From a virus (lineage: Duplodnaviria; Caudoviricetes): 27,902 nt of DNA. The stretch lies in the IMG/VR virus record IMGVR_UViG_3300005077_000117, positions 1 to 27,902 of that record, one strand, 5' to 3'. Each line of letters opens with the position of its first letter. Positions within the stretch are counted from its first letter, which is position 1. A program made the position numbers and the translations under genes. Below the pieces are notes generated by a model, which ran no database searches, was not told where the DNA came from, and saw nothing but the letters and a program-made list of their open reading frames with translations. Of this stretch, positions 15,635 to 24,664 are shown in pieces.

Positions 15635-16872
15635 CCGGGAAATTCCCGGCCGGTAGCCTCCAGCGTGGCCTTCTTCCCGGTGAATTGCTGCCAGCGCCGG
15701 ACAGCGACGTCGACGTAAAGGGCATCCATTTCCATGCCACGGTATTCCTTCCCGACTTGTTCGCAGGCGATCATCGTTGTTCCGCTGCCGTTGAATGGAT
15801 CGGCCACCGTGCGCACAAACGGCACATTTTGCAACAGCGCGGCCACGACATCGACTGGCTTTTCTGTCGTGTGATGGAAATTTCCAGTACGCTTGCCGTG
15901 CAGCACGTTGCCAACTCCGGGTGCATGCTTGTCGAATGGCGCCGTCTGTTTGCACCCCCACAGCACAAGCTCGTGCTGAGCCCTCCAGCCACGGCCCATC
16001 CCTGGGGTGCCTTTATCCCACACAATCATTGACCCCACGCCGAAACCAGACGATTCAGACACATCAAAAAGGTATATCCACATCCGCCAGTCGGTGAAGG
16101 CGTAGAGATACTGCGCGCCGAACAGAGAAAAAGCAGACTTGAGCAGCGCGCTATAGCCGCGAGTCGATAACGTGTCGTTGGCCACCATTTTGTGCTTGGC
16201 ACTGGTGCCGACCGACCCGCTACTCTTTCCGTTTTCTTGAAACCCGCCGCTGCAATACGGCGGGTCGGTGCATACCAGGTCGACGGTGGCGCCGACCAAT
16301 AACCTTTCGACATCACCGGACAATGTACTATCCCCGCACATCAGGCGATGCCGCCCCAGCAGCCACACGTCACCAGGCTTTGTGATGGCTTCGGCCTGCG
16401 CCTCCGGCACTGCATCCGGGTCAGTCAGGCCCTCGATACCGGTGGCACCATCGCCCAGCAACCTGGACATCTCTGTCTCGCTGAATCCGGTCAGCTCCAC
16501 GTCGTATCCGTCCAGCTTCAAGTCTTCCAGCTCAATGGCCAGCAGTTCCTCGTTCCACTCGGCCAGGTCGTTCAGCCGGTTGTCGGCGATGCGGTAGGCC
16601 TTTTTCTGCGCCCTGGTGAGGCCCTCGGCCACATGCACCGGCACCGTTGCCAGACCAAGCCGCCGGGCCGCCTTCAGCCGGGTATGTCCCACCAGGATAA
16701 CCATGTCCTCGTCCACCACGATCGGCTGACGAAAGCCGAACTCGCGGATGGACTTCGCCACCGCCGCCACCGCCTGGTCGTTTTTGCGCGGATTGGCACC
16801 ATAAGGCCGTACCTGGTCAACGGGCACCTGTTGCACCAGCATTCCACCCTCCATGTCCGGTCGAAAACTCAT
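15631..16872 (-). CDS. ParB-like N-terminal domain fused to N6/N4 DNA methyltransferase
   Basis: NPRKND..SIREFGFRQPIVVD..GHTRLKAA..YRIADNR (ParB/Srx); TDPPY, HTTEKP and DPFNGSGTT (beta-class MTase). Alternative start at 16842. Confidence 0.92.
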   Translation of the reverse strand: MSFRPDMEGGMLVQQVPVDQVRPYGANPRKNDQAVAAVAKSIREFGFRQPIVVDEDMVILVGHTRLKAARRLGLATVPVHVAEGLTRAQKKAYRIADNRLNDLAEWNEELLAIELEDLKLDGYDVELTGFSETEMSRLLGDGATGIEGLTDPDAVPEAQAEAITKPGDVWLLGRHRLMCGDSTLSGDVERLLVGATVDLVCTDPPYCSGGFQENGKSSGSVGTSAKHKMVANDTLSTRGYSALLKSAFSLFGAQYLYAFTDWRMWIYLFDVSESSGFGVGSMIVWDKGTPGMGRGWRAQHELVLWGCKQTAPFDKHAPGVGNVLHGKRTGNFHHTTEKPVDVVAALLQNVPFVRTVADPFNGSGTTMIACEQVGKEYRGMEMDALYVDVAVRRWQQFTGKKATLEATGREFPG

Positions 16873-17717
16873 GCCGCACGCTCCTCGATGGCCTCGTGCT
16901 CGCCATCATCCTGTTCCTGGTCGTTGTCCGGCCGCTGGAACTGCACGTCGATGCGCTTCAGCTCGGCCAGCTCGTTGAAGGCCGCGTTGGTGACCAGGGT
17001 TTCCACCGCGTCATAGACCTCCGAGGCCGCCGCGCGGTCGCCGCGCGCCGCGTCCACCAGCAGGTACTGCGCCTGGTTGGCATAGTGGCGCAGAGCGTCG
17101 CGCAGGATGCCCAGCAGGGCGGCAATGGCCGCCCAGGCCTCGTCGCGTTTCAGCCACTCACTGTCCTCGCGGCGGTTCTCAATCGTGCGCTTTTCCACCT
17201 CCAGCCGCAGGCGCTCCACTTCGTAGCGCAGCTTGTCGGTGGCCAGGTCCTCGGACTGGGCCGCCTCGATGGTCTCGCCCGTCGGCACCTGGCCGGGCCG
17301 GACGATGTAGTTGAGGGCATACTTCTTCAGCGCCGCCGCGGTGATCTCTCCCCGGCGACTGCGCTTCAGCTTGCCGTCCTGCACATGCCGGTAAAACGTG
17401 GCCTGGCTGACAGTCCAGCCCCAGGTCAGCAGGAACCGCAGGGCGTCCTGCCGCTTGCCGCTCGGCTGAAACGCCTCCCACGGCGTGCGCGACGGATCGG
17501 CCGACCCCGGCCCGGCCTGCGCCGGGTACTTGGCCTGCAACCCCGCCAGCAGGGCCAGACAATGCCGCTCCAGATCCTGCGCCGACCTGAGCGCCGCCGA
17601 GGTGGCCTGATCGTTCAGGGCCTGCAAGGCCTTCACATGGGCATTGTAGGCCACCGTCACGGCCCGCAACTCGTCCGCCGTGGCCCGCCCCCGCAATGCC
17701 TCAATCTGCTCTTTCAA
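16869..17717 (-). CDS. Putative terminase small subunit (Nu1-like) with HTH
   Basis: VSQATFYRHVQDGKL HTH followed by a coiled coil KLRYEVERLRLEVEK..WLKRDE; lies upstream of GpA. Confidence 0.6.
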   Translation of the reverse strand: MKEQIEALRGRATADELRAVTVAYNAHVKALQALNDQATSAALRSAQDLERHCLALLAGLQAKYPAQAGPGSADPSRTPWEAFQPSGKRQDALRFLLTWGWTVSQATFYRHVQDGKLKRSRRGEITAAALKKYALNYIVRPGQVPTGETIEAAQSEDLATDKLRYEVERLRLEVEKRTIENRREDSEWLKRDEAWAAIAALLGILRDALRHYANQAQYLLVDAARGDRAAASEVYDAVETLVTNAAFNELAELKRIDVQFQRPDNDQEQDDGEHEAIEERAA

Positions 17718-17762
17718 GGTGTGGTGGTCCCTGAGTGGGTCGTATTGCTGCTGTTATCCACC

Positions 17763-18554
17763 TCACGCCGCCTCATCCACGCTCAGCAACTCCACCGGGG
17801 TCGGCAGGGAGGAAACCGCCGCCGGCTGGCCCTGGTCAACCTGCTCATCGCCGACAATGATCCGCGCGGCCAGGTAGTTGATGGCCCCCAGCAGCTCTGC
17901 CCGGGCCTGGGGCCAGGGCAGGCGGGTGGACTCGACGATTTTTTTTCTGGCCTGACCCAGGGGAAAGCCGGGCCCCAGCTCCCGGGTGATGACGCAGATC
18001 AGCTGCTCGCCAAAGGCCTGTCCCTCCACGGCGTGCCGGGCCTTGCCCTTGCCGTTGGCGGCCTGTTCGACGGCATCGGCCAGCACCGACAACAGGGACT
18101 CGTAGCCGTCGGGGATGATCGCTCCGTCACTGGAGGACGGCGACCACTTGGCCACGACCTGGGCGGCGGTCAGCTCGGCGCGCAAATCATCCAGCTGAAA
18201 CCGCAGGCCCTCATTGACATTGGCCAGCGCGACATTTTCCGCCAGGACCTGCTTGAGCTCGGCCTCGATCTCATCCCTGACGGCGGGGCTGGGCGCCGCC
18301 TGTTCCGTCTCCGCCACCAGCGCCAGGCCCATGTGCCTGGCCAGGGCGCGAACGGCCTCCGGGCGGCGGTTCATGGCGCCGGCAATGTTCTCGCAGGACG
18401 AGCACAGGTACAGTCCGCGATGCCTGCCGTTCTTCGGGGGGCGCGCCCGGCCGCAGATATCGCAGATGTCGTGGACGTCGGGGTCCTTGGCACTGGCCTC
18501 GACCTTGTCTGCGCCGACAACCGGCGCAACTGCCTTTTTTTTCTCTTCGCGCAT
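17763..18554 (-). CDS. Hypothetical phage protein: zinc finger, coiled coil and all-alpha C-terminal domain
   Basis: CDIC...CSSC; C-terminal GYESL..VL..AVEQAANGKGKARHA...GQARKKIVES..ELLGAINYLAA. Confidence 0.7.
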   Translation of the reverse strand: MREEKKKAVAPVVGADKVEASAKDPDVHDICDICGRARPPKNGRHRGLYLCSSCENIAGAMNRRPEAVRALARHMGLALVAETEQAAPSPAVRDEIEAELKQVLAENVALANVNEGLRFQLDDLRAELTAAQVVAKWSPSSSDGAIIPDGYESLLSVLADAVEQAANGKGKARHAVEGQAFGEQLICVITRELGPGFPLGQARKKIVESTRLPWPQARAELLGAINYLAARIIVGDEQVDQGQPAAVSSLPTPVELLSVDEAA

Positions 18555-18569
18555 GGCTGGTTTCCCCTG

Positions 18570-18878
18570 TTATGGTTTGAAATAGTCAACCGGCACACTC
18601 GTCACCTCCCGCGGCATGGTACCGCTGCACTCGGCCGCGCAATACCTGTCCGCCGGCGAAAGCCCTCCGTCCATCAGGTCCCGCCGCGAAGCACCGGCAT
18701 GCGAGCCGAGCAGGCGCCGGTTGCACTGGTGACGGCGGTCACAATCCCGCTGCCAGGCCTTGCCCGTCACCGTCAACGGCTGCCCGTTGGTCAACGGGCA
18801 GCGCCGCAGGACAAAAACCAACGGGCTGTCCTTCCCGGTCAGGGAAGGCAATGCGGTTGCCTTGCTGGTTCGCGGCAC
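18570..18878 (-). CDS. Cys-rich hypothetical protein
   Basis: Fills the operon gap in the co-directional frame; no recognisable motif. Confidence 0.4.
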   Translation of the reverse strand: MPRTSKATALPSLTGKDSPLVFVLRRCPLTNGQPLTVTGKAWQRDCDRRHQCNRRLLGSHAGASRRDLMDGGLSPADRYCAAECSGTMPREVTSVPVDYFKP

Positions 18879-18885
18879 GCTTCAC

Positions 18886-19269
18886 CTATCGCCCGGCTGA
18901 CGCAAACCTGGAATCAAATCCAGGCACAGGCCTGTTGTCCCAGATGTCCGCCAATGACTCCCGGACGCTGTTGCCCCGCCCGCCACGTTGCGACTGCCGG
19001 GCGGCAAACTGGTACTGGCCGGGGCAGCAGTTTTGCAGCGCATCAATCCGGCCCTGGTTTCTCCTGACCAGTGCCCGGGCGACGTATTCCTCAAGCCAGG
19101 GCAGAAATGCCGCCCTGGTGGTCATCCAGCGGAAATGGCTGCGCTTGCCTTTCCCGGGCCATGCCGGAGCGCCGCGGGCCACCATCTTGCTGGCATTGCC
19201 GCCCCCTTTGCCCAGCTCTTCCATGAGGTCCTTCAGGGGGACCTCGACGTCCAGGTCAATGTCCTGCAT
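18886..19269 (-). CDS. Hypothetical protein
   Basis: GGAGGG RBS before MQDIDLDVEVP; co-directional with the operon. Confidence 0.5.
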   Translation of the reverse strand: MQDIDLDVEVPLKDLMEELGKGGGNASKMVARGAPAWPGKGKRSHFRWMTTRAAFLPWLEEYVARALVRRNQGRIDALQNCCPGQYQFAARQSQRGGRGNSVRESLADIWDNRPVPGFDSRFASAGR

Positions 19270-19307
19270 GATTCCCTCCAGCAATGTCTCGCTCCACCCT
19301 CCCCGTT

Positions 19308-20837
19308 TCACCGGCGCACACACGGCCCGCCGTAGCGCACATAGGACCCCGGGAAGACCTCTTTGACCATCATCACCCCATCCAGGATCGTTTTCGCCAT
19401 CCCCGGCGCTGCGTCCACACAGGCGGACTGGGCCGCCTTGATTCTCTCAAGCTCGTTGGCCGAAAAAACCAATGTTCCGCCGGCGGCAAGCGCGGCGTTC
19501 CATTGCGCCCGTTCGCGCACCACCGATATTTTGCGGCCATCTGTCAGGCTCAGGTGCATGACGGCGTCGTTCGCCGCGTTCCCTGGCGTCGCCGATACAG
19601 CAGTACTCTGTTCCGCCGGCGCCCGGAGTATCATTTCTCTTTCTTTGTCCGCCCCTTCCCCCTTCGTGATACTCACAGGGCAAAGGCCAGACTCATGGTC
19701 TGCCGCCATGATTACCGGGGACACCGCCGGCGCCAGGCCGGATTCGAGCCACTGATGCAGGTTGCCGCCGGCGCGGGCCAGATCGCCCGGGTCTTTTTCG
19801 CGCGGCACCGGCCAGTATTCCGCCTGGCGGTACTGCCGCAGCCACAGGCGCGAGACCGCCTGGCCGGGATCGGCCAGGCCGGCCTGGCCGGCATCCAGCG
19901 CCACCAGGATGCGCGGCGCCGCGGTCAGGACGGCGGCAGCGCCGGGGGTGATGGGGGAGTTGACCGACCCCAGGGCCAGCGCCGTCACGTCGGGGTGCGC
20001 AGCCGCGCAGGCCATGGCGTCAAGCTCGGCCTCCACCACCACCACCCCCCGGCTGCGCCCTGACGACGGGGGGATCAGCAGCGGCTCGTTACCGCTGCCA
20101 TCCAGCCAGACGTATTTCAGCTCCGGCAAAAACCGGGCGCGGGACTCTGGCGTCCGCCGCACCCGCAACCGGTGCAGCAGGCCATCGGTGGACCAGGTCG
20201 GGATCAGCAGTCCACCAGGCAGCCAGAGCGTCGTCTTCCCATCAGGACGTGGCCCCAGGCCAAGGTCCGCGCGGCCGACCTTGGCGTCATGCCGAAGCCA
20301 GCCCAGGGCAAAGCGCTCGACCGCCTCGCGGTCGATGCCGCGGGCCGCCAGCCAGGCCAGCTCCTCGGGCCGGGCCAGCAGCTCCTGGTGGGCCTGGTCC
20401 ACCAGGGACATGGCCCACACCGTCCAGCGACCGGCAACCGGCCCCTTGCCGGTGCCGCGCGGCAGCGTCTTCCCCGGCGCCTGGCGCGGGACGGTCAGGC
20501 TGGTTCTGTGACGGCGTGTACCATCCCGGCCGGACCCGTCGCCCAGGCGGCAGGTGCCACGCACAGGGCAGGTCGTCGCCCGGCAGGGCAGACCGGCGGC
20601 ATCATGGGCATCAGGACAGCAAAGCTGGTCATGGTCCCGCAACAGGGTGATGATGTCGCCCCGGTAATCACAGCCGCCGTAGCACTTGAAGCCCCCATCC
20701 TCATGCAGCACGAACCTGGTGGACTGCGCCGACCCGCCGCAGCGCGGGCAACGTCCCGCCCAGCGCCCGTTGCCGCGCCGCAATTCGAAGCGCTCCGCGA
20801 ATTTTTCCGCCAGGGAAAGCGTACTCATGGTGCTCAT
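19308..20837 (-). CDS. DNA primase (zinc-binding domain + TOPRIM)
   Basis: CPRC..FKCYGGC..GDII, WLAARGI, VVVEAELDAMA, ILVALDAG and KDPGD motifs. Confidence 0.9.
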   Translation of the reverse strand: MSTMSTLSLAEKFAERFELRRGNGRWAGRCPRCGGSAQSTRFVLHEDGGFKCYGGCDYRGDIITLLRDHDQLCCPDAHDAAGLPCRATTCPVRGTCRLGDGSGRDGTRRHRTSLTVPRQAPGKTLPRGTGKGPVAGRWTVWAMSLVDQAHQELLARPEELAWLAARGIDREAVERFALGWLRHDAKVGRADLGLGPRPDGKTTLWLPGGLLIPTWSTDGLLHRLRVRRTPESRARFLPELKYVWLDGSGNEPLLIPPSSGRSRGVVVVEAELDAMACAAAHPDVTALALGSVNSPITPGAAAVLTAAPRILVALDAGQAGLADPGQAVSRLWLRQYRQAEYWPVPREKDPGDLARAGGNLHQWLESGLAPAVSPVIMAADHESGLCPVSITKGEGADKEREMILRAPAEQSTAVSATPGNAANDAVMHLSLTDGRKISVVRERAQWNAALAAGGTLVFSANELERIKAAQSACVDAAPGMAKTILDGVMMVKEVFPGSYVRYGGPCVRR

Positions 20838-21083
20838 GGGCAACTCTTGTTTAACTCATGGCTGAAAAATACAGTGGTTTTACTACAATACATATTATAT
20901 ATGAGTACATGAGTTAAAAATATATACATACGCGTGAGAGAGAAAACAGAGAGGAGAGAAAAAACACGCCTACGCGCGCAGGCGCGCATTGAACTCATGC
21001 ACTCATGATTTTCCGAAAAAATAAATACCATCAAATATTTGCAGGCCATGAGCAGGCCATGAGCAGGCCATGAGTTCATGAGT
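20823..21083. other. Putative replication origin with CTCATG/CATGAG iterons
   Basis: About 10 copies of the hexamer in both orientations around AT-rich tracts, including tandem GCAGGCCATGA x3 (21041-21073); lies between helicase and primase. Confidence 0.7.
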
Positions 21084-22761
21084 TGCCCCCACGTTTCGCG
21101 CGGAAATCCGCCACGTCATCGGCGCAGTCCGGGTGGATCACATGGTCGAATATCCAGGTTTTCCCACCCTTTGACTCGACCTTGTAGCCGCGCTCGCGCA
21201 GCTCGTCGTTGATCGACTTCATGCCCGGGGTACGGTTCTCCCGCCCATCCCGGTTCTGCGACCACCACCAGCCGAAGGCCTGGTACATCTCCGAACAGGC
21301 CAGCCGCTTGTCACTGCCCGGCATGTGCAACAGACAATCCTCAATAAATCTTGAGATATAGTCCTCTTGCCGCTGGAGTTCGTTTACGCAATTAAGCACG
21401 CTGGCTGGCGGCGACAGCCCGACTTGCTGCCACTCCAGGCAGCCCTCGACCAGCCATCGCAGTATTCCAGGCCGACAGGCCCGCAGCTTGGTCTTCAGCA
21501 GCGGGTCTTTCAGCCGGAATTTTCCGGCCCTGGTCGGGTATTTCTTTTCCGCGGCCCTGATGTCGTCCACGTACATGTATTGCAGGTCGATCTTGATCAG
21601 CCGCTCCACCATGGCAAAATCACGGGTGAGCCCGATCGGTATATGATTGGTGTGTAAAAACAGTGAATGCGTGGGGTTGAAAACGATTTCCGAGTGGTAC
21701 ATCCGCCGGCAGGTGATGGCGTCCTCGCCCACCAGCCCCTTCACGGCCGATTCATCGATGCGCTGGCCCCTGTTGGTCTCCGCGCCGACGATGATCCGCT
21801 TGCCAAGCAGGGAATACAGGTGCTCCGAGGCCGCATTCGGGGACGGCTCGTTGCGCTGCTCCAACAGCATGGCGCGCGAAATTGCATGGTAGTATGGTCC
21901 CAGCACGTCATTGAGCATCGAGAACAGCACACCCTTGCCGTTGCGCCCTGGGCCCACGAACACCCAGATGAACTGTTCATACGAGTGCCCGGTGATCGCA
22001 TAACCAAACGTGCGCTTGAGAAATGCCGACAACTCCGGGTCACTGCAAATTTCGTCAATAAATGCCTGCCACGGGGCATAATCGGCGTGCTGGTCGTACT
22101 CAAGACTAAGCGCCCTGGTCAGCATGTCGTCCGGGCATCCACGCTCCAGCACCCCTGTCCGCAGGTTGACGACACCGTTGGCGACCGGCAGCAGCCATGG
22201 GTGCCGGTCGAAGTCCGACTCGATACACGTCATGCTCGGGTCCACGACCGGAGCCCATGCCAGGGCCTTGCTGGCCCCCGACAACGAGCGCAGGCGGGAA
22301 ATTCGGCTCTTGTATTCAGATGCCAGATGGTGTTTCCATCCCTCTGGCCCCTTTTTATCTATCTGTTTTTCTTTTATTTCACCCCTCAACAGATCAAGCG
22401 CACGCTGATACTCCAGCGCGACGGCATCTACCGCCGCCAGTGACCTGCGGGTAGTGTCCGGCTCCCATATCCGGCCATTCCACGCCAGCCACTCGCCGTC
22501 CTTCGGCGTGACGTTGCAACGATACTGCTCTCTGTTCAGCGCTGCATACAGCACCCCATCGCCGCGCTCGTTGGCCTCAAGGCACTGCCGGACAAACTCG
22601 CCACTGAGCTGCACCGCATCGTCAGGCGGCGCCAGCGCCGCGGCCCGCTCCCGAACCGCTGCCGCCGTAGCCGCCAGCTCGCTGGCGGCGCCGCCGACCG
22701 ATACAGTATCAGTTTTTTTTATTTGTTCAGCGCCATCGGCGCAAAACTGATTATTTCCCAT
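21076..22761 (-). CDS. P4-family / D5-like SF3 helicase
   Basis: D5_N-like region (LLPVANGVVNLRTG), Walker A GPGRNGKG, IIVGAE, LHTNHIP. Confidence 0.92.
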   Translation of the reverse strand: MGNNQFCADGAEQIKKTDTVSVGGAASELAATAAAVRERAAALAPPDDAVQLSGEFVRQCLEANERGDGVLYAALNREQYRCNVTPKDGEWLAWNGRIWEPDTTRRSLAAVDAVALEYQRALDLLRGEIKEKQIDKKGPEGWKHHLASEYKSRISRLRSLSGASKALAWAPVVDPSMTCIESDFDRHPWLLPVANGVVNLRTGVLERGCPDDMLTRALSLEYDQHADYAPWQAFIDEICSDPELSAFLKRTFGYAITGHSYEQFIWVFVGPGRNGKGVLFSMLNDVLGPYYHAISRAMLLEQRNEPSPNAASEHLYSLLGKRIIVGAETNRGQRIDESAVKGLVGEDAITCRRMYHSEIVFNPTHSLFLHTNHIPIGLTRDFAMVERLIKIDLQYMYVDDIRAAEKKYPTRAGKFRLKDPLLKTKLRACRPGILRWLVEGCLEWQQVGLSPPASVLNCVNELQRQEDYISRFIEDCLLHMPGSDKRLACSEMYQAFGWWWSQNRDGRENRTPGMKSINDELRERGYKVESKGGKTWIFDHVIHPDCADDVADFRAKRGGNS

Positions 22762-22801
22762 TTTCTCATCATTTCAAAAATTTACAACCACACACAAACA
22801 T

Positions 22802-22843
22802 GGGTCGCCGAGCCCGTTCTTGGCGGGCACGTCAGGAGGACCC
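22802..22843 (-). other. Lambda-like cosQ-cosN packaging site
   Basis: Minus strand GGGTCCT-N21-GGGCTCGGCGACCC compared with lambda GGGTCCT-N22-GGGGCGGCGACCT (recalled). Confidence 0.65.
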
Positions 22844-23027
22844 GCGACGGTGGGGGTGGTAAATGGTTGGCCTGGTGAAAATCACGTAGGGGGTGGAGGG
22901 GAGCAGCGGCGGTGGTGCATTGTGGTGGCAGCTGCTCGTGATAGACTGAGAGGATCAAGGAGGTGCTCAGTGCAGATGGCTTGCGCATGCACCTGGACCT
23001 ACTGGCCATCTGTGAGCCATGAGAGGG

Positions 23028-23306
23028 TTAGTTCTGCTCTTGCATGGCCACGATACCGGGGCCATGCATTACAAGGATTTTGCCCACCTGGCCAACTGCG
23101 GTGATGGGGACACCAGCACATGCTCCGCTGTCTCGCAACGCCTCCAACTCCACCGCAATGGCCTGCATGTCGCTCTTGGCCAGGAAAAGCTGATCTATCA
23201 GTAGCGCACTATGCTTATCCCTCGCGTCATCGAACCCTATGACTATTCCGGCCACCAGGCCGACGCCGGCCAAGAACGCGCCCATGTGTGTCAGTATCTG
23301 TTTCAT
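23028..23306 (-). CDS. Hypothetical protein with N-terminal transmembrane helix
   Basis: GAFLAGVGLVAGIVIGF; AAGGAGG RBS; ATGA coupling. Confidence 0.65.
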   Translation of the reverse strand: MKQILTHMGAFLAGVGLVAGIVIGFDDARDKHSALLIDQLFLAKSDMQAIAVELEALRDSGACAGVPITAVGQVGKILVMHGPGIVAMQEQN

Positions 23307-23488
23307 TTTCGCCTCCTTGTTGCTGCCAGGTCTTTGGCCGGGCGCATGGTGGATTGCCTGGGCTGAGGTGGCAGGTGTATTGCTGCCTCAGCCTCTACTA
23401 GTTGGTCTGCGAGCAGGATCAGGCGGTGGGCCATGGCCCGCAGTTCTGTGGCGTTGAGTTCCGCTGATGTGAGCTTGCGCAGCGGCAT
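23303..23488 (-). CDS. Small hypothetical protein
   Basis: 61 aa; TAATG coupling to the CII-like gene. Confidence 0.6.
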   Translation of the reverse strand: MPLRKLTSAELNATELRAMAHRLILLADQLVEAEAAIHLPPQPRQSTMRPAKDLAATRRRK

Positions 23489-23946
23489 TATGCGGCCTTG
23501 GCTGCGGCAATGGCCGCCATTATGGCCTGGGCGGCCCGGTAACCAGCCTCTTCAATGCCTGCCGCTTCTGCGGCGGTTATACGCTCATCGTGCAGGGCGG
23601 CGGCGATATCCTGTGCCAGCCCTCCGAATCGCGACGATGCTTCAACGGCAGCGCGCATCAGGTCACGGGCTGATGAGTCATGAGGCGGGATGGTCATTGC
23701 TACCCGGCCACAGGCCTGCTCCATGTAATCGAGCAAGGCAAAATTTCCACTGGCTTTGGTCAACGCAACCACCCTGTCGGCGTGCAGCCTGGGCTGCTTC
23801 AGGTCATGGTTGGCGGTGTTGACCAGCAGCTGGTAGCTGATCCCCAGCTCTTCAGCCTGAGCCTTAGCTGATACTTTTGACTGGTGCACCACGTCGTATA
23901 GTGCGTCGGCGAAAGTGGAGATGTTCCGGGGATGTCTACTTGTCAT
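23488..23946 (-). CDS. Phage regulatory CII-family protein
   Basis: AEELGISYQLLVN.AN HTH; LLDYMEQACGRV; AALHDERITAAEA. Confidence 0.8.
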   Translation of the reverse strand: MTSRHPRNISTFADALYDVVHQSKVSAKAQAEELGISYQLLVNTANHDLKQPRLHADRVVALTKASGNFALLDYMEQACGRVAMTIPPHDSSARDLMRAAVEASSRFGGLAQDIAAALHDERITAAEAAGIEEAGYRAAQAIMAAIAAAKAA

Positions 23947-23961
23947 GTGCGTCTTTTTTGG

Positions 23962-24237
23962 TTAGGGTTTACTCTGGATGCTCATGTCATCAACGCCACG
24001 CTCCTGGAGTGCCACCAATGCAGACAGCAGACTATGACCGAATCGCTCGTGCGCTTGACGAAGCACTTTCTGCATTTCCTCCAGACAACTCCACGACAGA
24101 TTTGCAAACTCTTCGGCTGAAATCTCGGGTTCTGAGCCTCCGACTAGCCGTGGCACGAAAGTTGAGTCAGCCCTCACGGACAACGAAACATCGAGCCCGT
24201 TGATGGCCATGGACAATTTTAATGCAGGATCACTCAT
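23962..24237 (-). CDS. Hypothetical early protein
   Basis: MSDPALKLSMAINGLDV..., overlapping the Cro-like stop, with GGAG upstream. Confidence 0.45.
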   Translation of the reverse strand: MSDPALKLSMAINGLDVSLSVRADSTFVPRLVGGSEPEISAEEFANLSWSCLEEMQKVLRQAHERFGHSLLSALVALQERGVDDMSIQSKP

Positions 24238-24445
24238 TGCATGACTCCGGCCACAGTTCATCCACCGGGACGCCGAGGATATCGGCGATGCCTTGGCGAA
24301 TATATGCGGTGTCACGATCACCCCTGATCACGTTGACGACCCCCTGGTAATGGCATCCGATGGTGCGGGCCACATCGCGCTGGGTCAGGCCCTGGCGCAG
24401 GAGTTTGACCTTTATTTCTGTGGCTATGTCAGTTGAGGTGCGCAT
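24230..24445 (-). CDS. Cro/Ner-like HTH regulator
   Basis: IKVKLLRQGLTQRDVARTIG..IADILGVPVDELWP; divergent from the repressor. Confidence 0.85.
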   Translation of the reverse strand: MRTSTDIATEIKVKLLRQGLTQRDVARTIGCHYQGVVNVIRGDRDTAYIRQGIADILGVPVDELWPESCNE

Positions 24446-24617
24446 TTACTTTCGTTGTTAAGAATGATTGCCGCCAAATGTGGAAAAGAGAGTGTTTTTA
24501 CTCCAACAAATAAATTGCGATAGAATCATTGGCCCGGTCACCCCACACTTGGCGTTGCTCGTGTTTCAAATTTCTCGATGAGAATTTCCGTGACGGTCTC
24601 TATGTTGGGTAAAGCAT

Positions 24618-24664
24618 AAATCACCTGAGATGACTATGTCAACGAAAAAAATCACCATAGATGA
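24618..24664. promoter_or_regulatory. Paired operator-like sites at the repressor start
   Basis: AAATCACCTGAGATGA (24618-24633) and AAATCACCATAGATGA (24649-24664), both pseudo-palindromic. A further palindrome, TTCTC-GAT-GAGAA, lies at about 24572-24584. Confidence 0.55.

Noticed and set aside
24018-24203. Plus-strand ORF MQTADYDRIARALDE with GGAG RBS
   Set aside because: Antisense to the cro-cII operon and overlapping a co-directional ORF; cannot be supported without homology data.
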